NCBI RefSeq assembly: GCF_009914755.1
Contig: NC_060944.1
Strand: one strand, 5' to 3'
Length of the DNA: 64,000 nt
Origin: the human T2T-CHM13v2.0 reference genome, Homo sapiens
Shown here: one piece after another, positions 12,601-24,344 of the stretch
How the letters are laid out: each line of letters starts with the position of its first letter
Position numbering within the stretch: position 1 is the stretch's first letter
The notes under the pieces: model-generated
The model's input: only the letters and a program-made list of their open reading frames with translations
Database searches by the model: none
Told to the model about the DNA's origin: nothing
Program-made: the position numbers and the translations under genes

Positions 12601-15600
12601 CATTCTCTTTCACAGAGCAGGTTTGAAACACTCTTTTTGTAGTGTCTGAAAGTGGACAATTAGAGCGCTTTGAGGTCTATGCTGAAAAAGGAAATATCTT
12701 CCAATAAAAACTAGATAGAAGCATTCTCTGAATCATGTTTGTGATGTGGGTCCTCAACAAACAGAGCTGAACCTTTCTTTTCATAGATCAGTTTTGAAAC
12801 ACTCTTTTTGTAGAACCTGCAAGTGGATATTTGGATAGATTTGAGCATTTCGTGGAAACGGGAATAACGTCATATAAAATCTAGACAGAAGCATTCTCAG
12901 AAACTTCCTTGTGATGTTTGCATTCAAGTCACAGAGTTGAACATTCCCCTTCATAGAGCAGGTTTGAAAAACTCTTTTTGTAGTATCTGGAAGTGGACAT
13001 TTGGAGCGCTTTCAGGCCTACGGGAAAAAGGAAATATCTTCCAATAAAAACTAGACAGAAGCATTCTCAGAAACTTATTTTTGAAGTGTGTCCTCAACTA
13101 ACAGAGTTGAACTATTCTTTTGATAGAGGAGTTTTGAAACACCCTTTTTGTAGAATCTGCAAGTGGATATTTGGATAGCTTTGAGGATTTCGTTGGAAAC
13201 GGGAATATCTTCATATAAAATCTAGACAGAAGTATGCTCAGAAACTTCTTTGCGATGTTTGAATTCAAGTCACCGAGTTGAACATTCCTTTTCATAGAGC
13301 AGGCTTCAAACACTCTTTTTCTAGTATCTGGAAGTGGACATTTGGAGAGCTTTCAAGCCTAAGGTGATAAAGTAAATATCTTCCCATAAAAATTAGACAG
13401 AAGCACTCTTATAAACTTATTTGTGATCTATGTCCTCAACTAACAGACTTGAACATTTCTTTTGAAAGAGCAGTTTTGAAGCACTCTTTTTGTGGAATCT
13501 CCAAGTGGATAATTGGCGAGCTTTGAAGAGATCATTGGAAACGGTAATGTCTTCATAAAAATCTAGAAAGAAGGATTCTCGGAAACGTCTTTGTGATGTT
13601 TACATTCAAGTCACAGATTTGAACATTCCCTTTCAAAGAGCAGGTTTGAAACACTCTTTCTCTAATATCTGGAAGTGGACATTTGGAGCGCTTTCAGGCC
13701 TATGGTGAAAAAGGAAATATCTTCCCATAAAAACTAGACAGAAATATTCTCAGAAACTACTTTGTGATGTGTGTACTCAACTAACAGAGTTGAACCATTC
13801 TTTTGTCAGAGCAGTTTTGAAAAACTCTTTTTGTAAAATCTGCAAGTCAATATTTGGCTAGCTTTGAGGATTTCATTGGAAACGGGAATATATATACAAC
13901 TAGACAGCAGCATTGTCAGAAACTTCTTTGTGATGTTTGCATTCAAGTCATAGAGTTGAACATTCCCTTTCATAGAGCAAGTTTGATACACTCTTTTTGT
14001 AGTATCTGGAAGTGGTCATTTAGAGCGCTCTGAAGCCTTTGGTGAAAAGATAAATATCTTCTCACAAAACTAGATAAAAGCAATCTCAGAAACTGATTTA
14101 TGATGTATCTACTCAACTAACAGATTTGAACCTTTCTCTGGATAGAGCAGTTTTGAAACCCTCTTTGTGTGGAATCTGCAAGTGGATATTTGGCTAGTTT
14201 TGAGGATTTCGTTGGAAAAAGGAATGTCTTCCTATATAATCTAGACAGAAGGATTCTAGGAAACTTCTTTGTGATGTTTCCATTCAAGTCACAGTGTTGA
14301 ACATTCCTTTTCATTGAGTAGACTTGAAACACTCTTTTTCTACTATCTGGAAGTGGCCATTTGGAGCGCTTTCAAGCCTAAGGTGATAAAGTAAATATCT
14401 TCCCACAAAAACTAGACAGAAACATTCTCATTAACTAGTTTCTGATGTGTGTCCTCAACTAAGTGACTTGAACATAACTTTTGATACAGCAGTTTTGAAA
14501 CACTCTTTTTGTGGAATCTGCAACTGGATATTTGGCTGGCAATGAGGATTTCGCTGGAAACGGGAATACATAAAAAAGCAGACAACAGCGTTCTGAGAAA
14601 CTACTTTGTGATGTTTGCATTCAAGTGGTAGAGTTGAACATTCCCCTTCATAGAGCAGGTTTGAAACACTCCTCTTGTCATATCTGGAGGTGTCCATTTG
14701 GAGCTCGTTCAGGCTTGTGTTGATAAAGGAAATATCTTCCCATAAAAACTAGACAGAAGCATTCTCAGAAACTTATTTGAGATGTGTGCCCTCAACTAAC
14801 AGAGTTCAACATTTCTTTTGATAGAGCAGTTTTGAAACACTCCTTTTGTGGAACCTGCAACTGGATATTTGGCTGGGTATGAGGATTTCGTTGGAAACGG
14901 GAATATATATAAAAAGCAGACAGTAGCGTTCTGAGAAGCTTCTTAGTGATGTTTGCATTCAAGTCACAGAGTTGAACATTCCCTTTCATAGAGCAGGTTT
15001 GAAACACTCCTTTTGTCATATCTGGAAGTGTCCATTTGGAGCTCGTTCAGGCTTGTGTTGATAAAGGAAATATCTTCCCATAAAAACTAGACAGAAGCAT
15101 TCTCAGAAACTTATTTGTGATGTGTGTACTCAACTAACAGAGTTGAACGTTTGTTTTGACAGAGCAGTTTTGAAACACTCTTTTTGTGGAATCTGCAAGT
15201 GGATGTTCGGTTAGCTTTGCGGATTTCGTTGGAAACGGGAATACGTATAAAAAGCAGACAGCAGCGTTCTGAGAAACTTCATTGTGATGTTTGCATTCAA
15301 GTCACGGAGTTGAACATTCCCTTTCATAGAGCAGGTTTGAAACACTCTTTTTGTCATATCTGGAAGTGTCCATTTGGAGCGCGTTCAAGCTTGTGTTGAA
15401 AAAAGAAATATCTTCCCTTAAAAATTAGACAGTAGCATTCTCAGAAACTTATTTCTGATGCGTGTACTCAACTAACAGAGTTGAACCTTTGTTTTGTCAG
15501 AGAAGATTTCAAACTCTCTTTTTGTGGAATCTGCAAGTGGATATTTGGCTAGGTGTGTGGATTTCGCTGGAAACGGGAATACATAGAAAAAGCAGACAGC

Positions 15601-15770
15601 AGCGTTCTGAGAAACTACTTTGTGATGTTTGCATTGAAGTCACAGAGCTGAACACTCCCTTTCATAGATCAGGTTTGAAACACTCCTTTTGTAGTATCTG
15701 GAAATGGACATTTGGAGTGCTTTCAGGCCTATGGTGAAAAAGGAAATATCTTCCTATAAAAACTAGACAG

Positions 15771-17120
15771 AAGCATTCTCTGAAACTAGTTTATGATGCA
15801 TCTACTCAACTAACAGAGTTGAACATTTCTTTTGATAGAGCAGTTTTGAAACACACTTTTTGTGGAATCTCCAAGTGGATATTTGGCTAGCTTCCAGGAT
15901 ATCGTTGGAAACGGGAATATATTTAAAAAGCAGACAGCAGCGTTCTGAGAAACTACTTTGTGATATTTTCATTCAAGTCACAGAGTTGAAAACTCCCTTT
16001 CATAGAGCAGGTTTGAAACACTACTTTTGTAGTATCTGGAAGTGGACATTTGGAGCGCTTTCAGGCCTATGTTGAAAAAGGAAATATCTTCCCATAAAAA
16101 CTAGACAGAAGCATTCTCAGAAACTTGTTTATGATGCATCTACTCATCTAACCGGGTTGAACATTTCCTTTGAGAGAGGAGTTTTGAAACACTCTTTTTG
16201 TGGAATCTTCAAGTGGATATTTGGCTAACTCTGAGGATTTCGTTGGAAACGGGAATACATTTAAAAAGCAGACAGCAGCATTCTGAGCAACATCTTTGTG
16301 ATATTTTCATTCAAGTCACAGAGTTGAAAACTCCCTTTCATAGAGCAGGTTTGAAACACTCCTTTTGTAGTATCTGGAAGTGGACATTTGGAGCGCTTTC
16401 AGGCCTATGTTGAAAAAGGAAATATCTTCCCATAAAAACTAGACAGAAGCATTCTCAGAAACTTGTTTATGATGCATCTACTCAACTAACCGGGTTGAAC
16501 ATTTCTTTTGAGAGAGGAGTTTTGAAACACTCTTTTTGTGGAATCTTCAAGTGGATATTTGGCTAGCTTTGAGGATTTCGTTGGAAACGGGAATACATTT
16601 AAAAAGCAGACAGCAGCATTCTGAGCAACATCTTTGTGATATTTTCATTCAAGTCACAGAGTTGAAAATTCCCTTTCATAGAGCAGGTTTGAAACACTAC
16701 TTTTGTAGTATCCGCAAGTGGACATTTGGAGCGCTTTCAGGCCTATGTTGAAAAAGGAAATATTTTCCCATAAAAACTAGACAGAAGCATTCTCAGAAAC
16801 TTGTTTATGATGCATCTACTCAACTAACAGAGTTGAACATTTCTTTGATAGAGCAGTTTTGAAACACTCTTTTTGTGGAATCTCCAAGAGGATATTTGGC
16901 TAGCTTTGAGGATATCGTTGGAAACGGGAATACATTTAAAAAGCAGACAGCAGTGTTCTGAGCAACTTCTTTGTGATATTTTCATTCAAGTCACAGAGTT
17001 GAAAATTCCCTTTAATAGAGCCGGATTGAAACACTCCTTTTGTAGTATCTGGAAGTGGACATTTGGAGCGCTTTCAGGCCTATGTTGAGAAAGGTAATAT
17101 CTTCCCATAAAAACTAGACA
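15771..17120 (+). repeat. Local 4-copy amplification of a 338-bp dimer
   Basis: Homologous ORFs start at 15860, 16198, 16536 and 16873. The copies share private variants GATGCATCTACTC, ATTTAAAAAGCAG and GATATTTTCATTC. Confidence 0.9.
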
Positions 17121-20100
17121 GAAGCATTCTCAGAAACTTATTTGTGATGTGTGCCCTCAACTAACAGAGTTTAACATTTCTTTTGATAGAGTAGTTTTGA
17201 AACACTCCTTTTGTGGAATCTGCAACTGGATATTTGGCTGGCTATGAGGATTTCGTTGGAAACGGGAATACATATAAAAAGCAGACAGTAGCGTTCTGAG
17301 AATCTTCTTTGTGATGTTGCATTCAAGTCACAGAGTTGAACATTCCCTTTCATAGAGCAGGTTTGAAACACTCCTTTTATCATATCTGGAAGTGTCCATT
17401 TGGAGCTCGTTCAGGCTTGTGTTGATAAAGGATATATCTTCCCATAAAAACCAGACAGAAGCATTCTCAGAAACTTATTTGTTATGTGTCTCCTCAACTA
17501 ACAGATTTGAACATTTCTTTTGAGAGAGCAATTTTGAAACACTCTTTTTGTAGAATCTGCAAATGGATATTTGGATAGCTTTGAGGATTTCGTTGGAAAC
17601 GGGAATATCTTCATATAAAATCTAGACAGAAGCATTCTCAGAAACTTCCTTGTGATGGTTGCATTCAAGTCACGGAGTTGAACATTCGCTTTCATAGAGC
17701 AGGTTGGAAACACTCTTTTTCCATTCCCTGGAAGTGGACATTTGGAGTGCTTTGAGGCCTATGGTGAAAAAGGAAATGTCTTCCCATAAAAACAAGATAG
17801 AAGCATTCTCAGAAACTTATTCGTGCTGTGTGTCCTCAACTAACAGAGTAGAACCTTTCTTTTGATAGAGCAGTTTTGAAACACTCTTTTTGTAGAATCT
17901 GCAAGTGGACATTTGGATAGCTTTGAGGATTTCGTTGGAAACGGGAATATCTTCACATGAAATCTAGACAGAAGCATTCTCAGAAATTTCTTTGCGATGT
18001 TTGCATTCAAGTCACAGAGTTGAACATTCCTTTTCATAGAGCAGGCATGAAACACTCTTTTTCTACTATCTGGAAGTGGACATTTGGAGCTCTTTCAAGC
18101 CTATGGTGACAAAGTAAATATCTTCCCATAAAAACTAGACAGAAGCACTCTCAGAAACTTATTAGTGATGTGTGTCCTCACATAACAGGCTTGAACATTT
18201 CTTTTGACACAGCAGTTTTGAAGCACTCTTTTTGTGGAATCTCCAAGTGGATATTTGGCTAGCTTTGAGGATTTCGTTGGAAACGGTAATGTCTTCATAA
18301 AAAATCTAGACAGAACGTTTTTCGGAAACGACGTTCTGATGTTTGCATTCAAGTCACAGAGGTGAATATTCCCTTTCATAGAGCAGGTTTGAAACACTCT
18401 TTGTAGTATCTGGAAGTGGACATTTGGAGGGCTTTCAGGCCTCTGGTGAAAAAGAAAATATCTTCCCATAAGAACTATACAGAAATATTCTCAGAAACTA
18501 CTTTGTGATGTGTGTACTCAACTAACAGGGTGGAACCATTCTTTTGACAGAGCAGTTTTGAGACACTCTTTTTGTAGAATCTGCAAGAGGCTGTTTGGCT
18601 ACCTTTGAGGATCTCATTGGAAATGGGAATACATATAAAATTACACAGCAGCATTGTCAGAAACTTCTTTGTGATGTTTGCATTCAAGTCATAGATTTGA
18701 ACATTTCCTTTCATAGAGCAAGTTTGAAACACTCTTTTGGTAGTATTTGGAAGTGGACATTTGGAGTGCTCTGAAGCCTTTGGTGAAAAAGGAAATATCT
18801 TCCATCAAAACTAGATAGAAGCAATCTCAGAAACTTATTTATGATGTATCTACTCAACTAACAGAGTTGAACCTTTCTTTTGATAGAGCAGTTTTGAAAC
18901 ACTGTTTTTATGGAATCTGCAAGTGGATATTTGGCTAGTTTTGAGGATATCGTTGGAAAAGGCAATACATATAAAAAGCAGATTGCAGCGGCCTGAGAAT
19001 CTTCTTTGTGATGTTTGCATTCAAGTCACAGAGTTGAACATTCCCTTTCATCGAGCAGGTTTGAAACACTCCTTTTATACTATCTGGAAGTGGACATTTG
19101 GAGCGCATTCAGGCCAAAGTTGAAAACGGAAATATCTTCCCATAAAAACTAGACAGAAGCATTCTCAGAAACGTATTTGTGATGAGTACCCTCAACAAAC
19201 TGAGTTGAACTTTTCTTTTGATAGAGCAGTTTTGAAACACTCATTTTGTAGAATCTGCTAGTGGATATTTGGATAGATTGAGGATTTCGTTGGAAACGGG
19301 AATACCTTCATAAAAAATCTAGACAGAAGCATTCTCAGAAACTTCCTTGTGATGTTTCCATTCAAGTCACAGAGTTGAACATTCCCCTTCATAGCAGGTT
19401 TGAAACACTCTTTTTGTAGTATCTGGAAGTGGACCTTTGGAGCGCTTTCAGGCCTACGGTGAAAAAGGGAATATCTTCCCATAAAAACTAGAGAGAAGCA
19501 TTCTCAGAAATTTATTCGTGATCTGTTTCCTCAACTAACAGAGTTGAACCTTTATTTTCATAGAGCAGTTTTGAAACACTCTTTTTGCAGTGTCTGCAAG
19601 TGGATATTTGGATAGTTTGAGGATTTCGTTGGAAACGGGAATATCTTCATATAAAATCTAGACAGAAGCAATCTCAGAAACTTCCTTGTAATGTTTGCAT
19701 TCAAGTCACGGAATTCAACATTCCCTTTCATACAGCAGGTTTGAAACACTCTTTTGTAGAATCAGGAAGTGGACATTTGTAGCGCTTTCAGGCCTGTGGG
19801 AAAAAGAAATATCTTCCCATAAAAACTAGACAGAAACATTCTCAGAAACTTATTTCTGATGTGTGTACTCAACTAACAGAGTTGAACCTTTGTTTTGACA
19901 GAGCAGTTTTCAAACTCTCTTTTTGTACAATCTGCAAGTGAATATTTGGCTAGGTTTGTGGATTTCGTTGGAAACGGGAATACATATAAAAAGCAGACAA
20001 CAGCGTTCTGAGAATCTTCTTTGTGATGTTTGCATTCAAGTCACAGAGCTGAACACTCCCTTTCATAGAGCAGGTTTGAAACACTCCTTTTGTAGTATCT

Positions 20101-23100
20101 GAAAATGGACATTTGGAACGCTTTCCGACCTAAGGTGAAAAAGGAAATATCTTCCTATAAAAACTAGACAGAAGCATTCTCTGAAACTAGTTTATGATGC
20201 ATCTACTCAACTAACAGAGTTGAACATTTCATTTGATAGAGCAGTTTTGAAACACTCTTTTTGTGGAATCTCCAAGTGGATATTTGGCTAGCTTTGAGGA
20301 TTTCGTTGGATACGGGAATACATTTAAAAAGCAGACAGCAGCGTTCTGAGCAAATTATTTGTGATATTTTCATTCAAGTCACAGAGTTGAAAATTCCCTT
20401 TCATAGAGGAGGTTTGAAACACTCCTTTTGTAGTATCTGGAAGTGGACATTTGGAGCGCTTTCAGGCCTATGTTGAAAAAGGAAATATCTTCCCATAAAA
20501 ACTAGACAGAAGCATTCTCAGAAACTTATTTGCGATGTGTGCCCTCAACTAACAGAGTTCAACATTTCTTTTGATAGAGTAGTTTTGAAACACTCCTTTT
20601 GTGTAATCTGCAACTGGATATTTGGCTGGATTTGAGGATTTCGTTGGAAACGGGAATACATATTAAAAGCAGAAAGTAGCGTTCTGAGAAAATTCTTTGT
20701 GATGTTTGCACTCAAGTCACAGAGATGAACACTCCCTTTCATAGAGCAGGTTTGAAACACTCCTTTTGTAGTATCTGGAAGTGGACATTTGGAGCGCTTT
20801 CAGGCCTATGTTGAAAAAAGAAATATCTTCCCATAAAAACTAGACAGAAGCATTCTCAGAAACTTGTTTATGATGCATCTACTCAACTAATAGAGTTGAA
20901 CATTTCTTTTGATAGAGCAGTTTTGAAACACTCTTTTTATGGAATCTCCAAGTGGATATTTGGCTAGCTTTGAGGATTTCCTTGGAAATGGTAATGTATT
21001 CATGCAAAACCTATACAGAAAGATTCTCAGAAACGTCTTTGTGATGTTTGCATTCAAGTCACAGAGTTGAACATTCCCTTTCAGAGAGCAGGTTTGAAAC
21101 ACTCTTTTTGTTATATGTGAAAATGGACATTTGGAGCACTTTCAGGCCTAAGGTGAAAAAGGAAATATCTTCCCATAAAAACTAGACAGAATCATTCTCA
21201 GAAATTTGTTTATGCTGTATTTACTCAACTAACAGAGTTGAACCTTTCTTTTGATAGAGCAGTTTTGAAACACTCTTTTTGTGGAATCTGCAAGGGGATA
21301 TTTGGCTAGCTTTGAGAATTTCGTTGGAAACGGGAATACATATAAAAAGCAGATTGCAGCGGTCTGAGAATCTCCTTTGTGACGTTTGCATTCAAGTAAC
21401 AGAGTTGAACATTCCCTTTCATAGAGCAGGCTTGAAACACTCCTTTTATAGTATCTAGAAGTGGACATTTGGAGTGCTTTCAGGCCTATGTTGAAAAAGG
21501 AAATATCTTTCCATAAAAACTAGACAGAAGCATTCTCAGAAACTTATTTTTGATGAGTACCTTCAACTAACAGAGTTGAACCTTTCTTTTGATAGAGCTG
21601 TTTTGAAACACTCTATTTGTAGAATCAGCAAGTGGATATTTGGATAGCTTTGAGGATTTCGTTGGAAACGGGAATATATGTAAAAAGCAGAAAACAGCAT
21701 TCTCAGAAATTACTTTGTGATGTTTGCATTCAAGTCATAGAGTAGAAAATTCCCTTTCATAGAGCAGGTTTGAAACACTCTTTTTGTAGTATCTGGAAGT
21801 GGATATTTGGAGAGCTTTCAGGCCTGTGTTGAAAAATGAAATATTTTCCCATAAAAACTAGACAGAAGCATTCCAACAAACTAGTTTCTGATGTGTGTCC
21901 TCAACTAACAGAGTTGAACATTTCTTTTGACAGAACAGTTTTGAAACACTCTTTTTGTGGAATCTGAAAGTGGATATTTGGATAGCTTTGAGAATTTCTT
22001 TAGAAACGGGATTACATATAAAAAGCACACAGCAGAATTCTCAGAAATTTCTTTGAGAAGTTTGCATTCAAGTCACAGAGTTGAACATTCCCTTCATAGA
22101 GGAGGTATGAAATGTTCCTTCTGTAGTATCTGGAAGTGGATATATGGAGCGCTGTCAGGCCTATGGTAAAAAAGGAAATATCTTCCCATAAAAACTAGAT
22201 AGAAGCATTCTCAGAAACTTATTTGTGATGTGTGCCCTCAACTAACAGAGTTGAACATTTCTTTTGAGAGAGCAGTTTTGAAACACTCTTTTTGTGGAAT
22301 CTCCAAGTGGATATTTGGCTAGCTTTGAGGATTTCGTTGGAAACGGGAATGTCTTCATATAAGCTCTAGACAGAAGCATTCTCAGAAACTTCTTTGGGAT
22401 ATTTTAATTCAAGTCACAGAGTTGAAAATTCCCTTTCATGGAGCTGGTTTTAAACACTCTTTTGTAGTATCTGGAAGTGGACATTTGAAGCGGTTTCAGG
22501 ACTACGGTGAAAAAGGAAATATCTTCCAATAAAAACTAGATAGAAGCAATGTCAGAAACTTTTTTATCATGTATCTACTCAGCTAACAGAGTTGAAGTTT
22601 TCTTTTGAGAGAGCAGTTTTGAAACACTATTTTTCTGGAATCTGCAAGTGGATACTAGGCCAGCTTTGAAGATTTCGTTGGAAAAGGGAATACATATGAA
22701 AAGCAGACAGCAGCATTCTCAGAAACTTCTTTGTGATGTTTGTATTCAAGTCACAGAGTTGAACATTCCCTTTCATAGAGCAGATTTGAAACACTCTTTT
22801 TGTAGTGTTTGGAAGTGGACATTTGGAGAGATTTTTGGCCTAAGGTGAAAAAGGAAATATCTTCCCATAAAAACTAGACAGAAGCATTCTCAGGAACTTA
22901 CTCGTGATGTGTGTCCTCAACTAACAGAGTAGAACGTTTCGTTTGATAGAGCAGTTTTGAAACACTCTTTTTGTAGAATCTGCAAGTGGATATTTGGATA
23001 GCTGTGAGGATTTCGTTGGAAACGGGAATATCTTCATATAAAATCTAGACAGAAGCATTCTCAGAAACATCCTTGTGATGGTTGCATTCAAGTCACAGAG

Positions 23101-24319
23101 TTGAACATTCCTTTTCATAGAGCAGGTTGGAAACACTCTTTTTGTAGTATCTAGAAGTGGACATTTGGATCGCTTTCAGGCCTAGGGTGAAAAGGGGAAT
23201 ATCTTCCAATAAAAACTAGACAGAAGCATTCTCAGATACTTATTTGTGATGTGTGTCCTCAGCTAACACAGTTGAACCTTTCTTTTGAGAGAGCAGTTTT
23301 GAAACACTCTTTTTGTGGAATCTGCAAGTGGATATTTGGCTGGCATTGAGGATTTCGTTGGAAACGGGCATACATATAAAAAGCAGACAGCAGCTTTCTG
23401 AGAAACTTCTTTGTGATGTTTGCATTGAAGTCAAAGTGTTGAACATTCCCTTTCATAGAGCAGGTTTGAAACACTCCTTTGTCATATCTGGAAGTGTCCA
23501 TTTGGAGTGAATTCAGGCTTCCTTTGAAAAAGGAAATATCTTCCCATAAAAATTAGACAGTAGCATTCTCAGAAACTTACTTGTGATGTGTTTACTCAAT
23601 TAACAGAATTGAACCTTTGTTTTGACAGAGCGGTTTTGAAACACTCTTTTTGTGGAATCTGCAAGTGGATATTTGGCTAGCTTTGTGGATTTCGTTGGAA
23701 ACGGGAATACATATAAAAAGCAGACAGCAGCGTTCTGAGAAACATGTTTGTGATGTTTGTATTCAAGTCACAGAGTTGATCATTCCCTTTCATAGAGCAG
23801 GTTTGAAACACTCCGTTTGCTGTATCTGGAAGTGGACACTTGGAGCGCTTTCAGGCCTATGTTGAGAAAGGTAATATCTTCCCATGAAAACTAGACAAAA
23901 GCATTCTCAGAAACTTGTTTGTGATATGTGCCCTCTACTAACAGAGTTGAACCTTTCTTTTCATAGAGCAGTTTTCAAACACTCTTTTTGTAGAATCTGC
24001 ATGAGGATATTTGGCTAGCTTTGAGGATTTCGTTGGAAAAGGGAATACATATAAAAAGCAGATTGCAGCAGTCTGAGAATCTACTTTGTGACGTTTGCAT
24101 TCAAGTAACAGAGTTGAACATTCCATTTCATAGAGCAGGTTTGAAACACTCCTTTTATAGTATCTAGAAGTGGACATTTGGAGTGCTTTCAGACATATGT
24201 TGAAAAAGGAAATATCTTCCCATAAAAAGTAGACAGAAGAATTCTCAGAAAGTTATTTGTGATGAGTGCCCTCAACTAACAGAGTTGAATCTTTCTTTTG
24301 ATAGAGCAGTTTTGAAACA

Positions 24320-24344
24320 CTTTTTTGCAGAATCTGCAAAAAAG
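24320..24344. repeat. Perfect inverted repeat (12-bp arms, 1-nt spacer)
   Basis: CTTTTTTGCAGA-A-TCTGCAAAAAAG. Confidence 0.9.
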
